Assembly: GCA_041576815.1 (NCBI GenBank)
Contig: JBFGKE010000001.1
Location: 6,948 to 70,947, forward strand
Direction: 5' to 3'
DNA from: Polyangiales bacterium
GTDB taxonomy: Bacteria > Myxococcota_A > Polyangia > Polyangiales > Houyiibacteriaceae
DNA length: 64,000 nt
Shown: one piece after another, positions 37,161 through 46,894 of the stretch
Position numbering within the stretch: the stretch's first letter is position 1
Layout of the letters: each line of letters starts with the position of its first letter
Notes under the pieces: model-generated
Databases searched by the model: none
The model's input: the letters and a program-made list of their open reading frames with translations, nothing else
Told to the model about the DNA's origin: nothing
Translations under genes and position numbers: made by a program

Positions 37161-39031
37161 CCCTCGAGGCACTCGCGGTACCAGAGCTCGAGGATCATGA
37201 GCGACCAAATCTGAAAGCCTCGCGGCTCCCCGCGCTGATGGCGCTCGAGCATGTCGCTCACGGCCGCTGGGTCGAACAGACCCCGCTCGCGCGCGCGCCG
37301 GTCGAGCAGCACGTCGCGCGAAAGCGGAGCCAGGTCTTCGCGCATCCATCGGTCGATCGGCAGGCCGAAGCCCTGCTTGCGGCGGGTCAGAATCGGCCGG
37401 GGCAAGAGGTCCTGCGCCACGCGCCGCAACAGATATTTCGATGTCAGCCCTCTCAGCTTCAGCGAACCGGGAATCGACGCGGCAAAGGTCATGAGCTCTT
37501 GGTCGACCAGCGGGCAACGGACTTCGAGGGAGTGGGCCATCGACGCGATGTCGACTTTGGTGAGGATGTTGTCGGTGAGATAAGTTTGGATGTCCACGTC
37601 GAGCAGCCGGTTGACCGGATCGGTTGCGCGGGACTCCCGGAATAGGCGCGAGAACTCGTCCGCGATCCGGTCTTGCGCGAAACGCTCGCGCATCGCCGGG
37701 CTGTAGATCGCCATGCGGTCCTTGTGCGGGATCGGGGCGGTCAGCCCGAGGAATCGTAGGTACTCCGGTTGCATGATCCGCTCTCCGTAGTCGCGCACCT
37801 CTTGCGCTTGCGGGGTCGGCAGGTGCGTGAGCAGGCCGGCAAGCGCCTGCGGAAGCGGCCACGGCAGCCTGCGAATGTTGCGCGCTGTGCGGCAATGCTT
37901 GTACCGCCAATATCCGGCGAAGGCCTCGTCACCACCGTCACCGCTGAGCGCCACCGTCACGCCGCTCCGCGTGTATTGGCAGAGGTACCATGTCGGAAGG
38001 GCGGAGGTGTCGGCAAACGGCTCGCCGTAGTGGCGCACGATTTCCGGCACGACCGAGGTCATGTCCGGCTCGACGACCATTTCGTGGTGATCGGTCCCGT
38101 AGCGTTCGGCGACCATCCGCGCGTAGGGAAGCTCGCTTCGATCTCTGCTCGTGAAGCCAACCGAGAACGTTTTGACGGGCTGCGAGGAGTGGCGTGCCAT
38201 CATGGCGACGATCAGAGACGAATCGAGCCCTCCGGAGAGGAACGCACCGAGCGGCACGTCCGACACCAAGCGAACGCGGACCGACTCTTCGATCAAGCTC
38301 GAGAGCTCTTCCGTGAGGTCCTCGAGTGAGCCCCCGCCGTGCGGCTCATCGAAGCGGAGGGTGAAGTACGGCTCCGGCTCTTGGACCTTACCGCGCTCGC
38401 AGACGAGACGGAATCCCGCGGGAAGCTTTCGGACCCCCTCGAAGGCAGTGCTCGGCGCCGGAACGTACTGCAGGCAGATGAACGCATCGAGCGCATCGAC
38501 GTCCGGGCGCTTGTCGAAGTAGCCGGACGCGGTGAGCCCGCCGAGCTCCGAGGCAAAGACCAGCCCGCCGGGGCCCGTGTGATAGAAGAGCGGTTTCTTG
38601 CCAAAGCGATCGCGCACGAGGACCAGGCGCTCGCGGGGGCCGTCCCAGAGGCCGATCGCGAACATGCCCCGCAGATGGTCGACGAAATCGACGCCGTGCT
38701 CCTCGTAGAGGTGCAGCACGACCTCGGAGTCGGAGCGCGATTTGAAGCGATGCCCGAGTCGCTCGAGCTCTTCGCGAAGCTCGACGAAGTTGTAGATTTC
38801 GCCGTTGACGACGACGGCGATCGTGTCGTCCTCGTTGGTCATCGGCTGAGCGCCCTCGGGTCGTAGGTCGATGATCGACAGGCGGCGGTGGCCGAGCACG
38901 CAAGGGCCGTCCGCGCGGAGCCCGTGGTCGTCGGGGCCCCGATGCACCATCGCGTCGCACATGCGCCGGACCGCTTCACCATCTGGAGGGGCGTGCCGAT
39001 CGAACGTCACAAGCCCCGCAATCCCGCACAC
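37157..39031 (-). CDS. asnB: asparagine synthetase B (glutamine-hydrolysing) family amidotransferase
   Basis: N-terminal nucleophile MCGIAG, a GATase-II domain, and the PP-loop FLSGGLDSS. Confidence 0.92.
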   Translation of the reverse strand: MCGIAGLVTFDRHAPPDGEAVRRMCDAMVHRGPDDHGLRADGPCVLGHRRLSIIDLRPEGAQPMTNEDDTIAVVVNGEIYNFVELREELERLGHRFKSRSDSEVVLHLYEEHGVDFVDHLRGMFAIGLWDGPRERLVLVRDRFGKKPLFYHTGPGGLVFASELGGLTASGYFDKRPDVDALDAFICLQYVPAPSTAFEGVRKLPAGFRLVCERGKVQEPEPYFTLRFDEPHGGGSLEDLTEELSSLIEESVRVRLVSDVPLGAFLSGGLDSSLIVAMMARHSSQPVKTFSVGFTSRDRSELPYARMVAERYGTDHHEMVVEPDMTSVVPEIVRHYGEPFADTSALPTWYLCQYTRSGVTVALSGDGGDEAFAGYWRYKHCRTARNIRRLPWPLPQALAGLLTHLPTPQAQEVRDYGERIMQPEYLRFLGLTAPIPHKDRMAIYSPAMRERFAQDRIADEFSRLFRESRATDPVNRLLDVDIQTYLTDNILTKVDIASMAHSLEVRCPLVDQELMTFAASIPGSLKLRGLTSKYLLRRVAQDLLPRPILTRRKQGFGLPIDRWMREDLAPLSRDVLLDRRARERGLFDPAAVSDMLERHQRGEPRGFQIWSLMILELWYRECLEG

Positions 39032-39157
39032 TCGAAACGACCCTTTCTGCGAGAACGAAGAGTGCCGAAGCCTTGGCTACGCCGCCGAAGAGGTCAAGTC
39101 CCCGGGGTTGCCGCGCGCCGTTGCATGCCGCATCGTCCGGCCCGAAGTCGATCGCTC

Positions 39158-40336
39158 ATGGCCCGCAACGACGCACCGGAATCCGAGCGCCCAGACCTCG
39201 CCCTCTTCATTCCTTCGTATGCAGGCGGGGGCGGCGAGCGCGTGGCCTTGTTCTTGGCGCGGACGCTTTCGGAGGCCGGGCTGCGAGTCGACTTGGTGGT
39301 GGCGTGCGGTCGCGGCGAGCTCGAAAACGAGCCCGTGCCGGGCGTTCGGAGGGTCGACCTTCGAGCCGTCACCGAGATCCTCGCGGCGCCAGCGTGGGTG
39401 CGCTACCTCCGCCGAGCCCGACTGCGCTGCGCGATGTCGATGATTCACACGGCGAACTTCAGTTCGGGAATCGGCGCCTACTTGGTGCCCGACGTTCCGG
39501 TGATCGTGAACCTTCGCATCGCGCTCGAGTGCGATCCAAGCGCCCAGTGGTGGTTCCGAAGGAGCTTCGGGTTTGGGCCGGAGCGGTTTCTCTATCGGCG
39601 CGCGGCGCGCGTAGTCGGCGTGTCGCAGGGCGTGGCGCAGGAGGCGAGGGCGCTTCTCGGAATCCCCGCCGAGAAGGTTCGTTCCATCCCGAACCCCCGG
39701 CAATCTCGTCGAGGGTCCTCGGAAATCGCCACGGAGCACGCGCACTTCTTCGAAAAGCCCGTCGTGCTCGGCGTCGGCCGGCTCGCACCCCAAAAAGATT
39801 TTGCAATGCTGCTGACCGCCTTCGCCCACATTGCAGAACAGCGGGACCTCCATTTGGTCGTGCTGGGCAAGGGCCCCGAGCGAGCTGCGCTCGAAGCCCA
39901 AGCGGAGCGGCTCGGGGTGGCGAACCGCGTGTTCCTTCCGGGCTTCGTCGATGACCCACAGCCCTACATTCGGCGTGCGCGGTTGTTCGTCTTGTCTTCG
40001 CGAAACGAGGGATTTCCCGGCGTGCTGGTCGAGGCGTTGGAGGCGGGAGCGGCGATCGTATCGACGGACTGCCCATTTGGTCCGCGCGAAGCGCTCGAAG
40101 GCGATCCGTTCTCGCGATTGGTCGGCGTGGGGGATGCGGAAGGGCTGGCCCGCGCGATCGAGGCCGAGCTCGCGGAGCCCGACGTGGGAGCTGCTGCTCG
40201 CCGTGCTGCGCGGAGCGACCGGATGAAGCGCTACGACCCCGACGCGATCACGGCCCGCTACCTCGAGCTCTTGCAAGACGTGATTCGAGAGCACGAGTCC
40301 CTCGGTCAGCCTCTCCCGGGGAAAAAGAGTGCGTAA
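39158..40336 (+). CDS. glycosyltransferase family 4
   Basis: The ATG at 39158 lies within a longer ORF. It reads LALFIPSYAGGGGERVA and has the EX7E region NEGFPGVLVEALEAGAAIVSTD. Confidence 0.85.
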   Translation: MARNDAPESERPDLALFIPSYAGGGGERVALFLARTLSEAGLRVDLVVACGRGELENEPVPGVRRVDLRAVTEILAAPAWVRYLRRARLRCAMSMIHTANFSSGIGAYLVPDVPVIVNLRIALECDPSAQWWFRRSFGFGPERFLYRRAARVVGVSQGVAQEARALLGIPAEKVRSIPNPRQSRRGSSEIATEHAHFFEKPVVLGVGRLAPQKDFAMLLTAFAHIAEQRDLHLVVLGKGPERAALEAQAERLGVANRVFLPGFVDDPQPYIRRARLFVLSSRNEGFPGVLVEALEAGAAIVSTDCPFGPREALEGDPFSRLVGVGDAEGLARAIEAELAEPDVGAAARRAARSDRMKRYDPDAITARYLELLQDVIREHESLGQPLPGKKSA

Positions 40337-41631
40337 AGCAGCGAGTCGGCGCTGAACGGGATCTTCGACCAAACTGGAGCGCAAAACGCGAATACGGCTG
40401 CGACGAGGACGGCGAACGCAAGTGCCTTTTTGCGTTCGAAAGTAGAAACCACGCCGGCGAACAGCACGAGCCCGAACACGTATGACGGGAGATAGTGGTA
40501 CAGGTAGCTATCCCGGTTGCTGAGGATCCATGGAAGCAGAGGGAGAAACCAAAGCATCCAGAGGTAGTATCGCGGCGTTGCTTCGGCGCGCGCATGCTCG
40601 CCGTGTTCTGTGCGCCGCCAAGGCTTCCGACGAACCGCATCGACGATCGTCCAAAGCAGCGTCAGGTTTACTCCCCACCAGAGCACGGGATGGCCGCTCG
40701 GCAGAAGCGCGCGAACGGTGTTCCCCTCACGCGCGTAGTGCAAGGTGAGCCGTTTCAGAGGCACGAACCACGTGTACCAACGGGACGTCTGCGGATGCTT
40801 CCAATCGGTCAGCGCCAGGTGGTGCTGGACGAGCTCGGTGGTTTTCCGGGCGATGTCGAGTAGTCCGTTTGGGTCGTTCGCCAGGGTCAGGCCCACCATG
40901 AACTGCGTCACGTAGGTCGCGCCGGCGGCGAGCATTCCCGCCAAGACGAGCCCGACGGACTTCGCTTCGACACCGAAACGGAACAGAACGACCAGCATCA
41001 ATGGAATCAGCATCACCGCGCCCGAGAACTTGATCGACATCGACAGCCCGACGAACGCTCCAGCGATTACGACCCCCGTCGAGGAGCGCGCGCGCCACGC
41101 GAAGAGCGCTGCCGCTACCATCGTGGTCGCGAGCATCCCGTCGAGGAGAGCTGTCTTCGAATACGCGAGCGTGAACCCATCCGCGGCGATGAACGCGGCC
41201 GCGAGCAGCCCGGCCCAGAGTGACCGAAACGCATGGGATGCCAGCAAATAGGCGAGCACGATCAGCGCCAACCCCATGACGAGCGGCGCGAGGCGCCAGC
41301 CGGTCGAATCGTCCCCGGCCACCAGCATGCCCGAGGCGATCAAGAGCTTTCCGAGGGGCGGGTGGTCGTTCCAGTCCGACCTTCCGCCGAGCAGATTGCG
41401 AGCGTTTTCGACGAAGTGGTGCTCGTCCCAGGTCAGCTCCCCGGGGTACCCGAGGTCATGCACGCGTGCAGCCGCACCCGCGAAGATCAGAACGACGAGA
41501 ACCGCGAGCAGGACGTGTCCCAGAACGCGATCGGGGTCCCTCCGAATGGTCTCGTTGCGGGCCTGGCTTGGATTGCGCACTTGTGCTTTCTCGGCGGACG
41601 GTTCGTGGTATCTTCTTCGGCAAATGACCAC
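40306..41631 (-). CDS. GT39/PMT-type (ArnT-like) polyprenyl-phosphate-sugar dependent glycosyltransferase
   Basis: About 11 TM helices. The first loop is WDEHHFVENARN...HPPLGKLLIA, like PMT/GT-C enzymes. The start is uncertain: the ATG at 41631 would overlap the divergent CBS gene, and a GTG at 41580 is possible. The 3' end overlaps the convergent GT4 by 31 nt. Confidence 0.72.
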   Translation of the reverse strand: MVICRRRYHEPSAEKAQVRNPSQARNETIRRDPDRVLGHVLLAVLVVLIFAGAAARVHDLGYPGELTWDEHHFVENARNLLGGRSDWNDHPPLGKLLIASGMLVAGDDSTGWRLAPLVMGLALIVLAYLLASHAFRSLWAGLLAAAFIAADGFTLAYSKTALLDGMLATTMVAAALFAWRARSSTGVVIAGAFVGLSMSIKFSGAVMLIPLMLVVLFRFGVEAKSVGLVLAGMLAAGATYVTQFMVGLTLANDPNGLLDIARKTTELVQHHLALTDWKHPQTSRWYTWFVPLKRLTLHYAREGNTVRALLPSGHPVLWWGVNLTLLWTIVDAVRRKPWRRTEHGEHARAEATPRYYLWMLWFLPLLPWILSNRDSYLYHYLPSYVFGLVLFAGVVSTFERKKALAFAVLVAAVFAFCAPVWSKIPFSADSLLYALFFPGRG

Positions 41632-42058
41632 GACCGTCGCTCACCTGCTGAACCAAAAGGGCCACGCCGTCGAGTCGATTTCACCCGACGCGACGGTCTA
41701 CGATGCCATCAAACGCATGGCGGACCTCGACATCGGTGCACTGGTCGTCATCGACCACGGCCGCGTGGTGGGGATGATCACCGAGCGAGACTACGCTCGA
41801 AACGTCTTTCTCAGGGGCAAGGCATCGCCCACGACCCCGGTCCGCGGTGCGATGGAGGAGGAGGTCCTGTTCGTCAGTCCCGACGAGACGACGCGAGGCT
41901 GCATGGCGGTGATGACCGGCAAGCGCACGCGCCATTTGCTCGTCATGGAAGACCAGGAGCTGCTCGGCATTCTCTCGATCGGCGATCTCGTGCGCAGCAT
42001 CGTCGCCGAGCAGGACATGACGATCGAGCAGCTCGAGCAGTACATTCATCGCGGGTAG
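41624..42058 (+). CDS. CBS-pair domain protein (stand-alone, 144 aa)
   Basis: Two CBS motifs: IGALVVIDHGRVVGMITERD and HLLVMEDQELLGILSIGDL. Confidence 0.85.
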   Translation: MTTTVAHLLNQKGHAVESISPDATVYDAIKRMADLDIGALVVIDHGRVVGMITERDYARNVFLRGKASPTTPVRGAMEEEVLFVSPDETTRGCMAVMTGKRTRHLLVMEDQELLGILSIGDLVRSIVAEQDMTIEQLEQYIHRG

Positions 42059-42059
42059 G

Positions 42060-43007
42060 ATGCGCGCACGCGCCAAATCGTGGTTGGACTGCTTCACGAC
42101 CGAGGAAATCCGATCGCTTCGCGCCGTTCGGGATCATCGTGCATGGCTAACGCTCGTCGTGAACTACGGGCTCGTCGCAGCCTCGATGGCGCTCGTCGCG
42201 TATTTTCCGACCGTGCCGGCGGTGCTGCTCGCCCTGTTCGTCATCGGGGCGCGGCAGCTCGGTTTTGCCGTGACGATGCACGAGGCGGCGCACCGAACCC
42301 TGTTTCGAAACCGCAAGCTCAACGACCTCGCCGGAAACTGGCTCTCCGGGTACCCGATCTATCTGAGCGCCGACATGTATCGGCTCCATCACCTCGAGCA
42401 TCACGCCAAGACGTGGACCGAGGCCGATCCGGACCTGAGCCTGGCGACCGGCTTTCCCGTCTCGAAAGCCAGCATGACGCGAAAGGTCCTCCGCGATCTG
42501 TTGGGCGTCACCGGGCTCAAGCAGCTCGTCGGCACCACCTATCTCGTGGTCAAGGCCATTCGCGGCGAGACGTTCGACGCTGGGACGCTCCCACTGCGGC
42601 TATCACGCGGGCCGGCGATTCGGATGGTCGTGGGCACCCTCGTGACCAACGGCCTGCTCTTCGCGGCGCTTTGGGCGATCGGGCACCCCGCGCTTTATCT
42701 GCTGTGGTTCGGCGCGTGGATGACGACGAGCAAGCTCGTGACCCGGATTCGCTCGATCGCAGAGCACGCCCTCGTCCCCGATCCGGCCGATGCCTTCGGC
42801 CAAACTCGCACCGTGCGGGCGGGCTGGCTCGAGCGTCTTTTCGTCGCGCCGAATCTCGTCCAATATCACCTCGAGCATCATCTGCTGATGACGGTACCGC
42901 ACTACAACCTGCCCCGCTTTCACCGGATGCTTCGCGAACGAGGCCTGCTCGACGGCGCCTGCGTGGTCGACAGCTACGCACACGTGCTGCGAGCAGCGGT
43001 CCGCTAG
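42060..43007 (+). CDS. membrane fatty acid desaturase family protein
   Basis: Three His boxes: HEAAH, HHLEHH, HLEHH. It has TM helices and starts 1 nt after the CBS gene stop. Confidence 0.85.
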   Translation: MRARAKSWLDCFTTEEIRSLRAVRDHRAWLTLVVNYGLVAASMALVAYFPTVPAVLLALFVIGARQLGFAVTMHEAAHRTLFRNRKLNDLAGNWLSGYPIYLSADMYRLHHLEHHAKTWTEADPDLSLATGFPVSKASMTRKVLRDLLGVTGLKQLVGTTYLVVKAIRGETFDAGTLPLRLSRGPAIRMVVGTLVTNGLLFAALWAIGHPALYLLWFGAWMTTSKLVTRIRSIAEHALVPDPADAFGQTRTVRAGWLERLFVAPNLVQYHLEHHLLMTVPHYNLPRFHRMLRERGLLDGACVVDSYAHVLRAAVR

Positions 43008-43903
43008 CCGTCGATCGTACGACCGAGTGCGACCGCGGCTGCGATGACCAGCGTGATCGCAACGTACGTGCTCGCGACCCTGCCGTGCGACCAGCCCGAC
43101 TGATTGAGGCGCTGGTAGATGTGCGACTTGTGGGCTTTGAAGATGTTCTCGCGGCTCAGAAGCCTGCGGAGGAGGGTGAACACCGCGTCGCCGACGATCG
43201 GCGCGGTCACGGCGCCGGCGAGCCACATCGCCTTCGGGCTCGGTGCCTCGAGAATGGCGAGGGCGACCGCGCCCCCGAGCACGGTGCTCCCCGAGTCGCC
43301 CATGAAGATTTTCGCGGGCGGCCAGTTCCACCATAGGAACGCGAGAACGGCGGCTGCGAGCAGCCACCACACCGGTGCTTGGAGGTACCACGCGAAGAAG
43401 CCGAGCTGGACGAGGGTCGACCCGCCGACGATGCCGTCGAGCCCGTCCATGAAGTTGTAGAAGTTGACGAGCGCGGTAATCGCGAAAACCGTGAGCACGG
43501 GACCAAGCCAAGGCGTGCCGACCGTGCCCTCCAGCAAGTCAAACGCCGGGAACGTGCCGAACCAACCCACGGCGAGCGCGGCCGACCCGAGCTGTACGAG
43601 ATAGCGGAGGCCTGCAGGCACGCCGCGGAAGTCGTCGGCGAGGCCGATGATCCAGAGGGGAAGAAGCACCCCGATCGTACGCAGGACGATGGCGCCTTCG
43701 AGCACACCCAGCGCTGACGCGACCGCGGCGGTGGCGAAAAACGCGCCGACGAACGCAATTCCGCCGCCCCGCGGTTTCGGCCTGGTGTGCGAGCTTCGAA
43801 GGTTCGGGTGGTCGAGGAGGCGCTCGGAAAATCGCCGCACTAGCACCCAGACGCCGACCCAGCTCAGCGTGTACGAGGCGACGGCGAGTGCGACCCAGCT
43901 CAT
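43004..43903 (-). CDS. polyprenyl-phosphate N-acetylhexosamine-1-phosphate transferase (MraY/WecA/WbpL family)
   Basis: IGLADDF, NFYNFMDGLDG, FMGDSGS motifs and multiple TM helices. The ATG at 43903 overlaps the upstream stop (ATGA). Confidence 0.88.
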   Translation of the reverse strand: MSWVALAVASYTLSWVGVWVLVRRFSERLLDHPNLRSSHTRPKPRGGGIAFVGAFFATAAVASALGVLEGAIVLRTIGVLLPLWIIGLADDFRGVPAGLRYLVQLGSAALAVGWFGTFPAFDLLEGTVGTPWLGPVLTVFAITALVNFYNFMDGLDGIVGGSTLVQLGFFAWYLQAPVWWLLAAAVLAFLWWNWPPAKIFMGDSGSTVLGGAVALAILEAPSPKAMWLAGAVTAPIVGDAVFTLLRRLLSRENIFKAHKSHIYQRLNQSGWSHGRVASTYVAITLVIAAAVALGRTIDG

Positions 43904-44874
43904 CTTTGGCCCAGCATTTGGCGAAGACCTTCGTCGACGCTGAACCTCGGTGTCCATCCGAGCTCGTCGCGCAGCGGACTCGAGTCCACGTAGAGCGACG
44001 ATTCGAGCCGCCGGAGCGCATCGGTATCGAATGGCAAGCGGACGCCCACGGCTGCTGCCCCGTGCGCGATCCTGTGTAGCCAAGAGGGGGGAATGGGGAG
44101 GAGCAACGGGCGGGCTCCCGCGAGCTGCGCGATCTTCTCGACGAGCTGCGGGGTCGACACGTCCTCACCATCGGTGACGAAGAAGACCGCGTTGCGCGCC
44201 TCCGGATGTGCGAGCGCCAAGACGGTCGCGTCGACGAGGTTTCCGACGAAGACCAAGCTCCGACGGTTTCGAATGGCGCCCAGCGGAAGCGGCCACCCCT
44301 TTCGCGCGATGGCCACGAGCCGCGCCATGTTGCCCGGGTTCCCGGGGCCGTAAACGAGGGGCGGGCGGAGGATCGTCCAATCCATCTCGGTGCCGCGAGC
44401 TGACTCGATGAGGGCGTGCTCCGCCGCGAGCTTGCTTCGGCCATACGGCGTAGCCGGCGTGCATGGCGTCTCGGTCGTCACGAGTGAATCGCTCGCATCG
44501 GTGACGGCCCCGACGGAGCTCATCAGCACGAAACGCTTCACGCCCGCCGCCACGGCTTGCGCCACGACTCGCGACGTGCCGCGTGCGTTGACCCGCGCAA
44601 AGCTCTCCTCATCCAGTGCGCCGTCGTCCATCACGTGCGCGCGCGCCGCGAGGTGAATGACGGCATCCGCATCGGTCAACGCACGGCGCCAATCGGTGTT
44701 CTCGTCGATGTCGCCGACGACCGCGGTCCAGCGCGTGTTGGGAGCGCCGGCGAGCAGCTCTCGTTCGCGCGAGCGGTCGCGTAGCGCCAGCGTCACGGCG
44801 CAACCGTTCGCCTCGAGCGCCGGCGTGAGATGGCGGCCGATGAACCCCGTCCCCCCGGTGACCAACACCCTCAT
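43900..44874 (-). CDS. NAD-dependent nucleotide-sugar epimerase/dehydratase (extended SDR)
   Basis: MRVLVTGGTGFIGRH and catalytic YGRSK. ATGA overlaps at both ends. Confidence 0.9.
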   Translation of the reverse strand: MRVLVTGGTGFIGRHLTPALEANGCAVTLALRDRSRERELLAGAPNTRWTAVVGDIDENTDWRRALTDADAVIHLAARAHVMDDGALDEESFARVNARGTSRVVAQAVAAGVKRFVLMSSVGAVTDASDSLVTTETPCTPATPYGRSKLAAEHALIESARGTEMDWTILRPPLVYGPGNPGNMARLVAIARKGWPLPLGAIRNRRSLVFVGNLVDATVLALAHPEARNAVFFVTDGEDVSTPQLVEKIAQLAGARPLLLPIPPSWLHRIAHGAAAVGVRLPFDTDALRRLESSLYVDSSPLRDELGWTPRFSVDEGLRQMLGQR

Positions 44875-46031
44875 GAAAAGCTCACGCCGAGCTCGCGGTA
44901 GCACGTCTCCAGCCGGGCGAACACGAACCGCTCGTCGAACGTGTCGACCACACGCGCACGTCCCGCCTTTCCGAACCGGCGCGCCAGATCTGGATCGCCG
45001 ACGATGCGGCCGATCGCGGCCGCCAGAGGACGGCTTTCTCTTGGAGGCACCAGCAGCCCCGTGAGCTCGTGCACGACCGCTTCGCGGCAGCCCCGGATGT
45101 CGGTGGCGACCACGGGAAGCTCCATCGCCATGGCCTCGAGCACCGATCGCGGCAAGCCCTCTCGGTACGACGGTAGGACGAAGACGTCGAGCAAGCCGAG
45201 GCACTCCCGGACGTCGTTTCGAAATCCAGCGAAGGTCACGTGGGCGTCGAGATCTCGACCGGCGATGAAATCGACGAGTCGATCTTGAAAGGCATCGCGC
45301 TCCGTCGAAAGCTGGCCGCCGATGACGAGCAAATGCGCGTCCGGAAAGTCTGCGTGCAGCAGCGACAGCGCCTCGGCGAGCTCGACGAAGCCTTTTTCTT
45401 TGGTGATGCGTCCAGTGATGCCGAGGATCGGCGACCGGTCATCCGGAATCCCGAGCTCGGCGCGAAGGGCAGAACGGTCCGCGTCTTTCGCCACCTCGGG
45501 GTCGAATCGACTCAGATCGATTCCGTTTCCGAGATAGCGGATCTTCTCTGCCGAGCCGATGCCGGTGGTCACCGCGGTGTCGTAGTCCTCTTGGCTCTGA
45601 ACCAAGATGCGATCGGTGATCTGCGCAACGGATTTTTCGATGCCGTGGTACAGCGCGTACTTCTGGCGCGGCATGTTTTCGTGGAAGTAGAAGCCGTGCG
45701 CGGTGTAGACGATACGCTCGATGCCAGCGAGCTTGGCGGCGACGCGGCCGAGCACCGATGCGACCGGTGCGTGGGTGTGAACGAGGTCGTACTTCTCGGC
45801 CCGCATCAGGCGGCTGAGCTCGAGCACGCTTTTCGAGTTCGGGCCCGGCGCAATCGTTCGTCCTATTGGGATTTCGTGAATCGAGTAGCCGCGCGCGCGG
45901 AGGGGGTCGACGCGAGGGTCGGGGGAACACGCCGCGTGCACGGTCAGCCCGAGGCCTCGGAGGTAGTCGATCTGCGGCAGAAGCAAGGTCTCGAGCCCAA
46001 AGGCCACCGCGCAGACGTGGAGCACCTTCAT
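44871..46031 (-). CDS. glycosyltransferase family 4
   Basis: MKVLHVCAV..., GRITKEKGF, and the EX7E region REGLPRSVLEAMAMELPVVATD. Confidence 0.9.
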   Translation of the reverse strand: MKVLHVCAVAFGLETLLLPQIDYLRGLGLTVHAACSPDPRVDPLRARGYSIHEIPIGRTIAPGPNSKSVLELSRLMRAEKYDLVHTHAPVASVLGRVAAKLAGIERIVYTAHGFYFHENMPRQKYALYHGIEKSVAQITDRILVQSQEDYDTAVTTGIGSAEKIRYLGNGIDLSRFDPEVAKDADRSALRAELGIPDDRSPILGITGRITKEKGFVELAEALSLLHADFPDAHLLVIGGQLSTERDAFQDRLVDFIAGRDLDAHVTFAGFRNDVRECLGLLDVFVLPSYREGLPRSVLEAMAMELPVVATDIRGCREAVVHELTGLLVPPRESRPLAAAIGRIVGDPDLARRFGKAGRARVVDTFDERFVFARLETCYRELGVSFS

Positions 46032-46102
46032 GACGCGGCGGAGTCTAGCAGCCCGATTGGAGAACCTGCACAAAGCGTCGTAGGCTCGTTCTGGCGGTTT
46101 CG

Positions 46103-46861
46103 ATGCAAGCGGGATTGACGACGGCGCTTCTGTGGCTTCTTTTTGGGGGCACCCACATCGGGCTCACCGCGCGACCCGTTCGGGAACGCCTGACGCAGCG
46201 GCTCGGCGAGGGCGGGTTCGTCGTCGTGTTCTCCACGATTGCGATCGTCACGTTTGGCTTGCTCACGCACTACGTCGCGCTCCATCGATTCGACGATTCG
46301 CATGCGTCGCTCATCGTATCGGTCCCGCCCGTCCGCGGCGCTCTGATGGCGCTCTCTGTCGCGGGATTCTCTCTTTTCGTGGCCGGCGTGCTTCTCTATC
46401 CGCGTTTTCCGATGGCGACGTTTCGACACCGCGTCGTCGCTGCGCGCGGCATTCAGCAAATCACGCGCCATCCCTTCTTTTCGGGGATCGCGATTTGGGC
46501 AGGCGCGCACTTGCTGCTCGTGGCGTCCACGGTTTCGTTCGTGTACTTCCTCGGCATCATCGTGCTCGCGTGGGCAGGCGGCCTCCATCAGGACCGTCGG
46601 CTCATCGCAGAGCTCGGCGAGCCCTATCGCGCATATGTCGCCGCGACCTCTTTTTGGCCGTTCGTGGCCGTGATCACGAAGCGGCAAGAGATCCGCTGGC
46701 GCGAGCAGCCCTGGTTTGCATTTGGTGTTGGAATTGGGTTGAGCTTGGTGCTCTACGGAGTGCACGATCACATCTTCGATCGCGGCGGTGCTTACGTGGT
46801 CGCTGCCTTCGCTCTCGGCTCCATCGTCGCAATCCTCAACTCGCGGGCGAGGGCGTCTTGA
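46103..46861 (+). CDS. NnrU-family integral membrane protein
   Basis: Six hydrophobic helices. GIQQITRHPFFSGIAIWAGAHLL resembles the NnrU/ICMT-like RHP motif. Confidence 0.6.
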   Translation: MQAGLTTALLWLLFGGTHIGLTARPVRERLTQRLGEGGFVVVFSTIAIVTFGLLTHYVALHRFDDSHASLIVSVPPVRGALMALSVAGFSLFVAGVLLYPRFPMATFRHRVVAARGIQQITRHPFFSGIAIWAGAHLLLVASTVSFVYFLGIIVLAWAGGLHQDRRLIAELGEPYRAYVAATSFWPFVAVITKRQEIRWREQPWFAFGVGIGLSLVLYGVHDHIFDRGGAYVVAAFALGSIVAILNSRARAS

Positions 46862-46894
46862 CTTCCGATCGGGGCACGCGGATGCTCGGCAAAC

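Noticed and set aside
39077-40384. 435-aa minus-strand ORF antisense to the GT4 gene
   Set aside because: It has shadow-ORF composition. The plus-strand frame has the EX7E glycosyltransferase motif.
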